64,000 bases of DNA, taken from the NCBI RefSeq assembly GCF_963853765.1, contig NC_088854.1, positions 23,684,001 to 23,748,000 of the forward strand, read 5' to 3'. This DNA comes from Magallana gigas (taxonomy: Eukaryota). The position numbers and the translations under genes were made by a program. Position 1 is the first letter of the stretch, and the number at the start of each line of letters is the position of its first letter. Below, in pieces: positions 26,990-40,006 of this stretch. Under the pieces are notes generated by a model. The model saw only the letters and a list, made by a program, of their open reading frames with translations, was not told the origin of the DNA and searched no databases.

Positions 26990-27643
26990 TTATTCACCAT
27001 TCCCACCTGTTGCCTTTAAGGTAAATTTTCGTCCTTCCAGTTTTTTGCTGGGTCGGTCCAGTCGGCTGGACAGAGCAGCGATTACTATAAATATCACAGC
27101 TATTACAATAACCGCAACGGTTGCCACGGCAACTGCCGTCTGCTTCTCCAACAACGGCTTTCCCGTTGTGGTTGGGGTTGCCGCCGTTTGTAAGTCGGCT
27201 TTTGCTCCCGAAGTTTCTTGGTTTGTCGTTGACACTGTTGTTGTTGATGACAATATTGTTGATGACGATATTGTTGATGACGAGTCTGTTGTCAATGTTG
27301 TCGTGTCTGCCGTTGATGTTTGAGCGACGGATGAGTTGTCTGTTGTTTGGTTAGATCCTTCTGTTGTTCTATTTTCTGTAGTTTCGTTATCTGATGTTGT
27401 TGGCGGTGATACCGTTGTTGTTGTTGTTGAAGTTGATGAAGATGTTGTTGTCGTTGATCTTGTTGTTGAATTTGTTTTGGGTACTTCTGAAGATGATGAT
27501 AGTAGAGTGCTTGGTGTCAGTGATCCTGTTGCAGTTGTTGTATTGTTTGGTGTTGGTGTCGTCGATGATGTAGAAGTTGTATTGTCAGCATGACAAGCTT
27601 CCACCAGGAAATGTAAAATCAGGACACACAAAAGAAGACGCAT
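26990..27643 (-). CDS. Mucin-like Ser/Thr-rich single-pass membrane glycoprotein (217 aa, apparently single exon)
   Basis: aaaaccATG context and signal peptide MRLLLCVLILHFLVEACHA. S/T-rich stalk with several N-x-S/T sequons, TM AVAVATVAVIVIAVIFIVIAAL, short basic tail. Confidence 0.85.
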   Translation of the reverse strand: MRLLLCVLILHFLVEACHADNTTSTSSTTPTPNNTTTATGSLTPSTLLSSSSEVPKTNSTTRSTTTTSSSTSTTTTTVSPPTTSDNETTENRTTEGSNQTTDNSSVAQTSTADTTTLTTDSSSTISSSTILSSTTTVSTTNQETSGAKADLQTAATPTTTGKPLLEKQTAVAVATVAVIVIAVIFIVIAALSSRLDRPSKKLEGRKFTLKATGGNGE

Positions 27644-28332
27644 GGTTTTACAAAATCACTTTCGAATTCTAACAGACACGGAAATCCAATTTACTCCTTA
27701 TTCTGTTGAATTCTTTGAATATAAGATATTGAACACATAAGTAGTACACCCACCCTTTTCTTTTTCAAGTCTAAAATGCATAGACACTATCGTCACGACA
27801 GGGGTACACGAAAGGGAAAACTTATTCCAAGTTTCCAATAAACAACTTCAGAGCTTTTATTAGAGATTCTTCAGAAGGATTTTTCAGCGTCATATGATGA
27901 AATTTTAATTCTTATGGCTTTGGTATATCGTAAATATAAAAATTAATAAAGAGAATGAAAAACAATATAACTGCACGTGGCCCATAAAATCTCTTATCAT
28001 CATATTCAGATAACGCACAACATTACTGCATTTGAACAAGGAAGTCCAAAGTGATCAAATAAAATCAATAAACACACCTTTTATCTTACTGAAATTTCGG
28101 GTCTTATGCGATTACCTCACAGCGGAACATTGTTGAAAAAGAAAGTCATGACAAAGTTTATCATAGTCTGTTACAAAAAAATTTACAACTTGCACACGTC
28201 GATATTGTGTATTACAGAGTCAAGAGCTGTCTTCATTGTTATCTAGTTTATTGTTAATTTCAAAACCTAAAACGGTAGAGACGCACTTTATCGTTCGTTC
28301 GAGTCCTGTCTGTCCATAAATAAAATATTACA

Positions 28333-28975
28333 TTCAAATTATCAATTCAATATCTATCTCGTGAGGGCTCGATAAATTTTCATCGTAATGATAACAGTAC
28401 AATGATCAACATTAATATCATCACATTTAAGCGTTTATTTATGGCTATAAAATCCCCCCACCCCACAGATCCTAGCAACTCTGGCTCTCCTGGTAAGATA
28501 TACTAGTATGCAATTTGGCCATCAAAAAGCGATGGCTGAACATAACATATTCTGAATAAGATTCTATATTGGTTGACATTCTTCTGTAACTACATTATCT
28601 CGCTATTCCTCGAAAAGCCTATTTTCTCTGAAAAACAACTGATTTGGAAGCAGTTATAAAATTCCCTAACTATAAATGTGTTTATACGTGTGTTCAAATT
28701 ATCAATTCAATATTTATCTCGTGGGGGCTCGATTAAATTTCATCGTAATGATAACAGTACAGTGACCAACATTAATATCATCACATTTAAGCGTTTATTT
28801 ATGGCTATAATCCCCCCCCCCCCCCGATCCTAGCAACTCTGGCTCTCCTGGTAAGATATACTAGTATGCAATTTGGCCATCAAAAAGCGATGGCTGAACA
28901 TAACAGATCCTGAATAAGATTCTATATTGGTTGACATTCTTCTGTAACTACATATCTCGGTATTCCTCGAAAAGC
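28333..28975. repeat. Tandem duplication of a ~285-bp block (period 360 bp)
   Basis: 28333-28618 and 28693-28975 are near-identical (ttcaaattatcaattcaata...tattcctcgaaaagc). Confidence 0.9.
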
Positions 28976-29367
28976 GCATCTTCTCATTCCATTTTTATTG
29001 ATATTCTAGTATACGTTTAAATAACGATTAAAAACATTGGCTCGATAGTTCGCATTTATTATTTAAGGGGTGTGCCTTTTTTTAAAACGAACATCACAGC
29101 TTTAAGCAGCATTTGGTCGAGAAGCTTTCGGATCGGGAAGAAACCGGGTTAAATATCCTCTTTTAAAAAAAGGTATGCATGTCGACCTTATGAGAGAAAA
29201 AAAAAACTCAGTCGAGTGTGACAGACTGATTTAACCAGATTGTCCATATAGATGAGCAAGAACAGAATTTCAAAGAGCAAGCAGAAACCTCTAAAATACC
29301 CAAGATACTGTTTGAGGTTGACACAACGACTACAAAAACATCTGGTGTTCTTTGGAGAGGGGAACAT

Positions 29368-29740
29368 AAACAATAAAATGCTTTCTTTGGTGATTCATGC
29401 GGGATATGAAGGTAGCGACGTTGCAGAAAAAAAAATAACGCGGGTAATGTATTTTTTCTGCAATGATCGCTACTATCACAATGAATGAATCACTAAAAAT
29501 AGCACTTTATTGTTATATTTACATCTTTCATTAAACAAACGAAAGAATTGATCGTAAAAATTAAGAAAAATTCACTAAATTACTGTTAATGTGTACCAGT
29601 ACATTCATTAGCTAAAGGAAACAGCCAAAACGTCTCCTGTGGGAATCTGAGTCTGACATCATCATGATTATTTCGTGCAATCCGTGATTTTTCATAGGTC
29701 GCTGTAGGTTTTGACCAATCGATAAACGGGATGTGCAGAG
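29368..29740 (-). repeat. Dispersed palindrome-containing repeat (copy 2 of 3)
   Basis: Reverse-orientation match to 14650-15065 and same-orientation match to 37340-37860. Confidence 0.75.
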
Positions 29741-29827
29741 TTTCAATTTAAGGATTGAATGCTTATTTTTGGATGTCGTCGGTCCTATGACACACCAAGC
29801 GGTGCAGACAAAAAAGTGGGGTGGCTA

Positions 29828-29861
<34 letters not shown>

Positions 29862-31218
29862 CGGTTCCAACGCCCATGTGTTTGTAATTTTATGGATAAC
29901 ATTTAGCAGAACAATCGTAAATACTAATTTTACCGTACATCAACTCAGGTATCTATTTATTTTTATTCAAATAAATAGACAATTTATAAATTCACAATAC
30001 CTTAAGTATAATCATCACTTTAAATTTTAGGAGCGAAAATTGTCCACTTCTATCGACTTGAATTATTGATTTTCTCCTCAATTTCTTGAACCAAACACAG
30101 ATAGTTTGTACCTTGTAGCAAGGTATGACTAGCTTGTAACGAGAATTACATTTCTTAACTGTTAAATGTCATTCCGTCTTCATGCTAGTCGTTTTCATGT
30201 AGGGGATCCAAAAGACGATTTTCGCGTAGATCAATGTTTATTGTTTAATTTACTTTGTCGAACTTTCACGTTTTAGTCACGTTTATAGATCGTTAAAGAC
30301 AAACATCTCAAGTTATATTATTAATAATATTTTTAAATTGTCAACGATTACAGACTCGACCGAAAACTCTTGGCTAGCGAAGATGCGGTTACGGTCGATT
30401 AACTAAGAATACACACGAGGTAACTCTCTATCAATACAATATAATGTATATATTAGGTTAGATTATGATCGGATGAAAAATCGTACATTTTTCATGTAAA
30501 TACAGGTAAACTCTTCTTGTTTCCTTTGATGGAATCTTTTAATATTTGGTGAAAAGCCATTTGGACAGGAAAACACAGTTTTATTATGCACTTTGGTGAA
30601 CTTGAAGGAAAATACATTCATCAACAAAGAAAACTTTGAACCATCATGGTATAAAAATACATATGAAGATAAAAATACATTTATATATCCACCAGTAAAC
30701 TTTTTAATACTCTTTCTGGTAGCAGAAAAACATACACTTGTGCCTGAGCAATCAATATCAATATTTTACATGTATGCTTTAGTGATAAATCAAAAACAAA
30801 TCAAACAAACACAGTAAAAAAACCAAGAACTATGTTGCAAACTGAGAATATAGTCTAAAGGGCTACATGTATTGGTCTCTTTGTTTTTAGTTTTTACCTT
30901 GATAGTAAATAAATCATGGGCCGTTAACCATTTTTAAAAAAACTCTGTGAGATTTAACTTACAATCTACCCGTAAACATTGATAGTTTTTATTTTCGCAC
31001 AAGATTCTTAATCCTTAAAAAATCAAAATACCCGAATTTATAAAATTGAAATCGTAAATTTTCTTAGTGAAATTCGAAATAGAACCATCTTAACAAGAGC
31101 TTTGGTTTTGGGTAGTAGTGTCAAATTGCTGGCCATTCAGCCATGGCTCTTTGAAATCAACAAGATTTGTCTGGCTTATGAGTGAAAACTACGCAGTCGG
31201 TGTACACATATTTCGCTC

Positions 31219-31297
31219 GAAACCATCGTCATTTTAACTTGTTTTGACTCAAGAAATAGATATGACATCCAACTGAAAGTCCAAGACCTTGTTAAAA
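31219..31297 (+). repeat. Short dispersed repeat shared with 62162-62242
   Basis: gaaacc..cgtcatttt.aacttgttttgac.caagaaatagat...cttgttaaaa occurs at both loci. Confidence 0.7.
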
Positions 31298-31702
31298 ATA
31301 GTTTTATCTAGTTCTCTACCGTTGAAACCAGGTGTGGGGAGGGGGTTGTAAAGGTTTAATTTGTTTGGCATTTATTATTTTACAATTGGATAATTAGAAC
31401 ATAAATAACAAATTGGCCACAAGCACTATACACAATAGTTGATTTCTTGACATACATGTATTATCTAAAAACTACATTCTAGACAAATGAGTGCAAACTT
31501 TATTTTGACAATGATATGATTATTTGAAATATGTTCAAATGCACAATATAAATCTCGTATCTCAGCTTTAAATGTGAACTCTAGAGTAAGAAAAAACATG
31601 TAAACATTGTTTTAGGGACTATGTTAAAACATCTCTGTGGAGTACCGGTATGTCAGCGGCAAGCGAGGTCTGTGGTCTCTAGGTTAAGAGGTATGTTGAG
31701 AG

Positions 31703-34700
31703 TTATTGCTGTAGCCCCACCATTTTGGCGGACATTTCCCACAACGATTTGGCTGCTTCGTCATCCCGTGCTGCCTTAGATTCCTGAACCACGGCACAAT
31801 CACTGGAATAAATTGTCTCTTACAAAGTCTGAAACATTGCTATATATTTATCGGGATTTAACACTAACATCGAAGGACTGTGTGTACCAATATATACATT
31901 TTAAGGTGGCTCTTTACATCCACAGTTTATTCCAATTTTCAATAGAAGACCACAAAACATATACTTATCAAATATTAAAATGACGATAGGGATACTATAG
32001 GTATTTTTAAAGAATTTGTTAATGTTTTTTCGTGTTTTTGTAAAATATTTTTTAAAAAGACAGCTATCAACAAATTGAGAGAAATTATTTTGTCATATGA
32101 TGGATATTTCCTTGGACACATAAAAAAATATAACACTTCTTAACATTCAAAAATGTTATTATTGCAATTTTTTTTAGTATTTCCCCAAAACATATTTTTC
32201 ATATTTTCTTACTCTGTTGACAAATCATCTGAAAAAGTTGCTTGATGTTATAAGAAAATGTATTTTAATAAATGTGAAATAAAAAATTGAATGAAAACAA
32301 TTGCAAATAAACACAAAAAATATTTTAAATTTTATTTGGTATGAAAGTTCCTCATGTAAGGGTTATCGTTCCTAAGTCCCAAGGCCCAAACACCTTGGGG
32401 AATTTTCATTTCTGAGTTGAAGAAAATTTCCTAAATATAATGTTGGAATGATAAATACATGCATATTTCATTATAGACTTTGCCCTGTTTAAGTGAATAT
32501 ATTCGCTTTAGTGCAAAACTAAGTCAAATAAATAAAGGGGAACATTGACTAGGCTAATAGGATTTATGTATCCCAACCTGAGAAAAATTCAAAGCAACCC
32601 TCTCATCCCCGTTAGGTGTCGATATTAATGTGCATTAAAGTACTATTATAATTGAAATATTTTCACCTGTTTAGAATTTTCTTTCACGGTATTCAACCAA
32701 AAAATACGTTTTAGAAATTTTTGGAAAGTTAAAAAAAATTATTGTTCTCAATGGGAATCGAGCTCATGACCTACTGGTTTGTAGTGAACCCACTAACCCA
32801 CTGCGCTACGGTGTAACATTTCGATGATGCTAAAGAAACTCTTTAAAAATTTATACTTGATTTTATTGTTTATTTCTATAAATAATACCACACAACGTGA
32901 AGGTGTCACATACCACATTACTTGTAAGTAATGAATTTTCCAATTATCAAATTAAATCTATACATTTAACAAATTTTTCAAAATAGCGGTTCCCATACAA
33001 TTCACCTCAGTTTAAATCAGACAGTACCGGAAATGCATGTTTCCAGATTTACTTTTTTGCGTACTGCGTCATCAAAAAGTGGTGTATAGAGCCACCTTAA
33101 AAATGTCAAATGCCATGGACAATTTTACTCCTATTACTTAGATCTAAATAAGTAACAGTATTAACGGATATATATACAGAACGTATTGAATATGTATTTG
33201 TTGATATGGCACCATGAGTTTATCGAAACGTTGTTTATAATATTGCCCTTGTATTGAATTAACTATAACTACATTTCTACTGCAATACCTGAAATATTTC
33301 CCCGTTACGTTTTCCAAACTTTCCTCAACTGCGCAGTGTATGTTCGTTTGTGCCCCTTCCCATGGGGACTTAAAAAACAGAGACAGGGTTGGATATAAAA
33401 TGGTGAATCCTGGGAAATATCTGCCCAGCTCCGTGGCCACTGAACCAGGGTGGAGCGAATTAACTGTCACGCCCGTCCCTAAAAAATGGGTCATAAAAAG
33501 TCGAGAATAGTTTCAGCGGCTATGAAAACGATAGTTTTTGTTTTTAAAAGTTTGAAGATATCCTGTTAAACTAATGAAATATTGTTTTCATATTTAAATT
33601 AAATAATAAATAAATAATAAAATAATTATAAAAATATTATATGTTCTTAGGTTTATAATGTTGACATGTACCTTGAAGTCTCCTGCTAAGCTCTCTGGAG
33701 AACAGAATATTAGCTAGCTTGCTCTGTGCGTACGCTTCGATTCGACTATAGCTTTTCTCGTCTTTGATTTTGTCATAATTAATTTTGGTGGTAACTGAAA
33801 AGAAAGAACGAATCTTTATATCTTCAACAGAATGTACTCTAAAGTATGCTTTTATTCCCAAACTAATGTAAATAGGTTAATACTGATTATTTTTTATTTC
33901 AGAATACACCATACCTCCAAATGCATGCACTAGTTTTCATATGAACTGCGATGGACACAAATGTCACAATTTATGCCTGATGTTTAAGTCAATGTATATA
34001 TACATCTAATAAAATGTCTACAGTCACTTACAGGTATGAGCTAGTGAAGAAACATTAATGATTCTGGCGGGAGCGGATCGTTTTATTTTTTCCAGGAGTA
34101 GGTTGGTCAGAAGGAAATGACCGAGGTGGTTGGTTCCGAACTGCATCTCGAACCCGTCAGAGGTCTTCATGTAAGGGCACATCATCACTCCTTGTATAAC
34201 AGAAATACCACAAAATATGAGGTGTAAAGGAAATCATGGTCTTTCATGAACCGGCGTAACTCTCGGGGGTGAAGTCATCAATTAATGAAAAGGATTGCGA
34301 GTTTTATTTTCTGTTTAATGACTTGTAGAAAACACGAGGAGGATGACATTGTAAAGGAGTTCTCAACAAACTATTTTTACATTCTATATACTTTTCCACA
34401 CAATTATAATCTTATTTAATATCATTTTTACATGTTTTGTATAAGTATCTATCATAAATGGTCAAATTTCAGTGGGAAAACTTATCTTATTTTACAGTAG
34501 GTCCCTACCAAATTTTTAAACGTAAATTGACACGATGATAATGAAGTAACTTACCAGCATTATTCAGCAATATATTTATTCTGGGTTCAGTTTTGTTGAT
34601 ATCTTGAGCGAACTTTCGGACCGATTCTAGTGAGGCCAGGTCCAAACTCTTCAAAACCACTTGTTTACTTCCGGTCCTTTTTATGACGTCAGCTAGCGCA

Positions 34701-36202
34701 TTTTCTCCGCGACTTTTGTCTCGACATGCTAGAATCACCCGAGCTCCTGAAAAAAAATGACTTTGTTTAATAATTTGAATGTCATATGGTGATATTAAGG
34801 TTTGATCACAGACTAACAGTATCCTTTCCGTCTATAAGTAATGGTTATAAAGATTATATTCTTTAGAATTTGGATACAAGGCATTTGTATTCTGAAGTTC
34901 TAATATTAGTATTCCAGGAGGATTATGTGGATAAACAACACGTACATTACTTGAGTGTCAATCAGGACGACGACCTTTTTTCTGCTAACATCTGTAGTTA
35001 ATAATCAATATTTTAAGAAGCCCTGTATACTGTACGTGTACCAAATGTACCTCTGTTCGCTAGGTCCACAGCGGTCTCTTTGCCGATACCCGTGTTTGCC
35101 CCCGTGATAATCACCGTCTTGCCGTCCAGGCGAGCCTTGCTGAGACATCTGCCGCCCGCCTTCCAGCGCCGAAACACTGCCACTGTTATCGCTGAAATAG
35201 TAACCACGGGATTGCGGTAGGGACATCAAAGATAACAATTTCATTCACCACGGCTTGTTATACTGGTTCTCTATATAATTGTTCAGCTACTGACCAGTAT
35301 TTAATATCGGCTATGTTCACAAAATTAGAATAGAAAGTAACTTGACCAAATGAAAAATATTGTAACGGGATGGGTGAAATAATGACGGACCAGAGCGGGA
35401 TTTGAACCCTATTTGAATACCAGCGCCAGATAGCTCAGTTGGTAGGCCACCTGAACAGAGTTCATATCCTGGTCTTGTCCGTCATTACTTCTCTCATCAA
35501 GTTACAATATATGTAAATTTGATGATGAATACATTTTAAATAAATTACGTGCTTTAATTCAATCATCCACATTGACATTACGACAAAGTCAGATTTGGTC
35601 AGCAATTATTGAAACGGTAAACATTGATCGAACTGCTCTACCCAAGTCAAGGGTTTCTGACCCGCTCCGCTCTATGTAAATGTTTATGTAGAGCGGTGCG
35701 GATCAGAAACTCTAGACATGGGAAGATAATCAAATTGACTTTTTCCCATGTTTTATAGACTTATGGTACGGGTGGTTTATCATAGAAACACATAATTGTT
35801 CGTTTTAGGATAACATGTTACAGGTTTAAAAAACTTGATCAATTAATGACTTAGTTAATTTTACATTATCATATATGAGATACATTCTCTTTTGAGAAGT
35901 GGACTGCAGGCACAGCCTACATCCACATGGATTTAGGCTATGCCTGTCCACTTCTCAAACGAGAATATATGATATATAGTGATTTTAATTCAAATTAAAA
36001 AGACCTATATATAGTCATACATAGGGGGTCAAAAACAGGGACAATGGTTGCAGAGGGTGCCAAATATCCATGTTGTACCTGGCGAAATTTACTTCTCGCA
36101 GTTAAAATTGCATTAGTGGATAATCGCAGAAATATTACCTGCTACACCAAGACTCGCAATAATGGTTTGGTTCTCAGTTATTAACTTCCCTAATTCATCC
36201 AT
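31703..36202 (-). CDS. Retinol dehydrogenase 11/12/13-like short-chain dehydrogenase/reductase (~322 aa)
   Basis: Exons (minus): 36202-36139, 35191-35051, 34746-34555, 34190-34032, 33794-33672, 33478-33289, 31802-31703; 969 nt, all phases match. Motifs [28 protein letters not shown] (YxxxK) and NSLHPG. N-terminal membrane anchor [16 protein letters not shown]. Confidence 0.92.
31901..33100. mobile_element. 1.2-kb TTAA-flanked MITE in the last RDH intron, containing a tRNA-related segment (~32755-32815)
   Basis: Termini ttaaggtggctctttacatc and gtggtgtatagagccaccttaa. Confidence 0.8.
35361..35506. repeat. Inverted pair of tRNA-related SINE-like half units in RDH intron 1
   Basis: tgtaacgggatgggtgaaataatgacggacca pairs with tggtcttgtccgtcattacttctctcatcaagttaca. 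The interior agatagctcagttggtag resembles a tRNA A-box/D-arm. Confidence 0.6.
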
Positions 36203-36497
36203 GACGAACTGTTTCGTAAGTTTATCTCAGTTGTTGTTTTTAATACGGAAACCCATAACAGATATAATTATCGTCTACATGTATATAGAAATACTCCAGA
36301 TACAGTTTGATTGCTCGTCGATCCTTTCTTAAATTTATTTCCTCCTTACGGTTTCATAATACATAAATAGTTTACAGTGTTATAATTACACTATTACCAT
36401 TAGGAGTAATATTAGAAATATTTGTATTAGGCCTATATAAAATCATTTTTCCAATATTCTGATTTAAATGATCGAGTCATTGAAAGGATATCTTCTT

Positions 36498-36570
36498 ATC
36501 TTCGCTAGACAAGGGTCTAGGCTTGTAGAGGAGCAGAATGTATCATATAATCCCTTGGCTAGCGAAGATG
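36498..36570. repeat. Collapsed (73-bp) member of the 9725-10435 inverted-repeat family
   Basis: atcttcgctagacaaggg pairs with cccttggctagcgaagatg. The internal ttgtagaggagcaga is shared with the 10.4-kb arm. Confidence 0.7.
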
Positions 36571-37199
36571 TTTTATAATCGACTAATTTAATTAAGCTTT
36601 TGATTTTATTTGATTATTTGAATTCGGATTATCCAAAGCAATACCTTTAAGCTGAGCACGTTTTTTTTTTTAATTTTACTGATTTTATTTTGATTCAAAA
36701 CTAACGCACGCGATAGAGGAAATTAAAATATTTATCATATTCTATGATAAAGATTTCTCTACTGTTAGGAATATACCGCAAACTAATTTCTGTACAGGAT
36801 GACAATTTAATTTTACTTCAGTCAATGCATTTAATAACTTTTCCCACAAAAATATAAGCATAATCTTTTCCGTCATGAAAGAAGAAAATAAACATTAAAA
36901 TTTCACAATAAATTTCGACGTCATAAAAATACAGCTCATATTAAAACCTTAAACTCATTAATTTTGAGTCCAACTTGTCAATAATGTCTATTCATGTCTA
37001 GGACGTTCTTGTTATATCATTTTAAAAATATTAAAGACACAGCTAGTTGCGCTTCCTGGTAATCAATTTATAACATCCAATACAATCAAGTACCTCTACA
37101 TTCGCTTAATTAAGAGAAATGAACAGACCAAGTAAATAAAAAGGCGGTGCTTCTTTTCTACATTTAAATGTACATTATATAAATAGTGCCTGTATAATA

Positions 37200-37860
37200 A
37201 TTCGTTTTATTATTCTTTCATGTTAAATACTGAAATCTGATTGGTTTAGACGCAGTTGGTAACCCGTTCTATTACCCTCTGCGTTAGCAACACACTTGGC
37301 AACGGGTAACATAACGAATTGTTATATGCGCGTAACCTGTATGCGCGTACGGTTATGAAGGTAGCGACATTGCAGAAAAAATACATAACCCGCGTTAGCG
37401 GGTTATGTAAATTTTTCTGCATTGATCGCTACCCTCATAACCCGAATGAATCATCAAAGAAAGCATTTTATTGTTTATATTAACATCTTTCTTTTAGCTA
37501 ATTGATAAATTGATTATGAAAAGTAAGTAAAATTCACTGATATACTGTCAATGTACGTAAGTACATTAGCTAAAAGAAATAGCCAAATCGTCTCCTGTGA
37601 GACTTTGAGTCTGACATCGTCATGATTATTTCGTGCAGTCCGTGATTTTTTCTAGGTCGCTGTAGGTTTGGACCAATCGATAAACAGGGCGTGTCTATAT
37701 CTGTCCTGTCAGTTTCTTATCAGTTTCAGCAGCTGTAGATTTCGACCAATCGATAAACGGGGCGTGTAGATTTCAGTCTGGCTGTTTCTATAGAGCTATG
37801 AATTCAATATAGGTTTCCGTAAGAAATAGAGGGAATACTTTGTAGATGTAAATATATTCA
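37200..37860 (-). repeat. Dispersed palindrome-containing repeat (copy 3, longest)
   Basis: Central hairpin gaaggtagcgacattgcagaaaaaatacataacccgc-gtta-gcgggttatgtaaatttttctgcattgatcgctaccctc. Flanks match the 14.7 kb and 29.5 kb copies. Confidence 0.75.
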
Positions 37861-37984
37861 TATAAATTGTAATATACATGTGTTGCAAAGTCATAATTGA
37901 TGAATAATTTTGTTACATCAGATGATATAGAGTTTCACAATAAAGTGAAATAGACAAATCAAAACATTTTTAATAACTTTAATA

Positions 37985-38660
37985 TTAAGGTAAGGTTTGC
38001 GGCTTGCATTTTTTAGAGGTTGTACCAAAGTTACATACCATTTTGTTCACTATACTAAAGTCTTTTTTCTCATGAAATTCAAATGAATTTTGCCCGTCCC
38101 GTTTTATAAGTACAAAAGGTCAAAGTTCATGATTTCCAATTTTCATTTTGATGAAATGTAAACAATTTCGTGAAAATATGTGCATTTTATATATGACTAT
38201 TATGGGGGTTATTTGTGCTTAAAATGTTTGAAAATAATATCACTATTAAAATCATGATTCACTTTTATTAATTTCTGATGAACTATCTAAAAATAGAATA
38301 AAATGCAACAAAAGTCTTAATTTTGGACTACTATTATGTAAACGAAAACATCTTATTTGAAACCTTTCCAAGTCCACCGATTTCAGGAAAAAGGTATCTT
38401 GGAATATGTGTAATCTGATGTTTCTAAAACACTATTCAAAACCATATGATGCGGATTTCGTTTTCGTGGAAATTGATAAAATGCTTGTGTCCTCTTATTT
38501 TTTTCATTGAATCTAAAAAACCCCGCGAAATAAAAAAAACCTGAAATCAATTATGACGTCATATAAATTTTGACGTCATAACTGAAATAAAGGGTAGTTG
38601 GTGTTACGTCACAATGAAAATGTGTGAGTTATCTCCCTGTAACCGCAAACCTTACCTTAA
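37985..38660. mobile_element. TTAA-flanked MITE
   Basis: Perfect 18-bp termini ttaaggtaaggtttgcgg and ccgcaaaccttaccttaa. Confidence 0.8.
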
Positions 38661-39590
38661 GGTATCTCACTCCTCATGTTTTGATTTCATTGCGCAGATG
38701 ATCATTATATTTAAAATGAATATGATTTTATTTATTTAATCATCACAGATAGATTATTATTTCATAATTACACAACATTCATAAAGAAAATCCATTTGAA
38801 TTCAAGAAACAAACAAGTTTTTTGGGGAACTATTTTTTCCTGCGAAAGGTTTTTTAGACGAAAATGACAGAAACAAGCAATTTTATGAATTTTCAATATA
38901 CTTTTCTTTTTATTATACTTTATTCGTTATTCACATTTTTAACATTTGATAGGTTTGTAACATATTTTATAGGTTCTGTGTGACATGTTCAAAATCAAAT
39001 CTTGAGAATGTGATAGCCGTTTAGCATAAAATCATGCATATATATAGAACATGTCTGAATTTTTTTAAGCCAAATTTTGCGAGAATTTTACCTTTGAAGC
39101 CCTATATCTAAAATTTTAACATCACTGACCCCCATGTTATATTATGTCAAAATGATACTGAATACATATTTAGGCAAACTGGATTAATCTTATAAAATTC
39201 TTGATATTCAAGAAGTTTTCATTTCAAATCAAATTGTAACTATTATAGAAATTGTCTATTTTAAGTGCAAAAAGGTCACACAAAAATTTATGCAGCTTTG
39301 TACAAAATTTTTTCGTAATCCATCTATTCAGTGTGACCATTGTGCATAATTAAAAACAATATTTGAAGAAATAAGTTTGCTTAATCAAAAATACTGACAA
39401 AAAATCCTAATCAGGATGAAATTGCATTTTAGGTGCAAAAAGGTCAAATTAAATTGGCCATAACTCAGAGGGATGGATACTGATCCCCCATTATCTTTGT
39501 ATTTTTTAAGTTTGTTTTGTCTACAGACTTCAATGATATACTTCTCAAGAAAATCTTGATACAACAACATTGATGAGTGGGATACCTTAA
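38657..39590. mobile_element. Second TTAA-flanked MITE, sharing its left TTAA with the previous element
   Basis: Termini ttaaggtatctcactcctca and tgatgagtgggataccttaa. Confidence 0.78.
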
Positions 39591-39918
39591 ATGATTTTAT
39601 TATATCTGACAAGCATGATTACCCGGTAATGAATAATATGGATAACAGACAAAATGAACATAAACCTTACGAAAAATGTTTCTCATTACTATGACCCGTC
39701 AACAGTACTTGTTCATGTACATACATGTAATAAAACAATTAAAGAGCAAAACATGTATTAGCTTTTCTAAAATAAACATAATTCAAAGCATATCAGACAT
39801 ACAAAAGTAAAAAAATATAAAATTATGTACATTGTATACATGGACAGACAAAGATTCTCAATAACCTTTAAATACCAGCATTAAAATAAATCTCTCTTCA
39901 TTTACAAGTTTCAAAATA

Positions 39919-39920
39919 CT

Positions 39921-40002
<82 letters not shown>
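39919..40002. repeat. (CT)n microsatellite about 100 bp downstream of the vWA gene stop (likely 3' UTR)
   Basis: Nearly perfect CT run with one interruption. Confidence 0.95.

Positions 40003-40006
<4 letters not shown>

Noticed and set aside
27045-27593. Plus-strand ORFs overlapping the mucin-like gene
   Set aside because: These are antisense shadows of repetitive ACA/ACC/TCA codons (Val/Asp runs) with no independent coding signal.
29831-29860. 30-nt poly-C run (similar runs near 28812, 45380, 52525, 53810 and 55885) as potential G-quadruplexes
   Set aside because: Such homopolymers are common in this kind of genome and often part of repeats, and their lengths are unreliable in assemblies.
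35005-35244. Apparent GTG start or frameshift at the RDH N-terminus (ORF-track entries 35013..35207 and 35005..35244)
   Set aside because: An upstream exon (36202-36139, [21 protein letters not shown], phase 1) splices in frame to the acceptor at 35192, so neither a non-AUG start nor pseudogenisation is needed.
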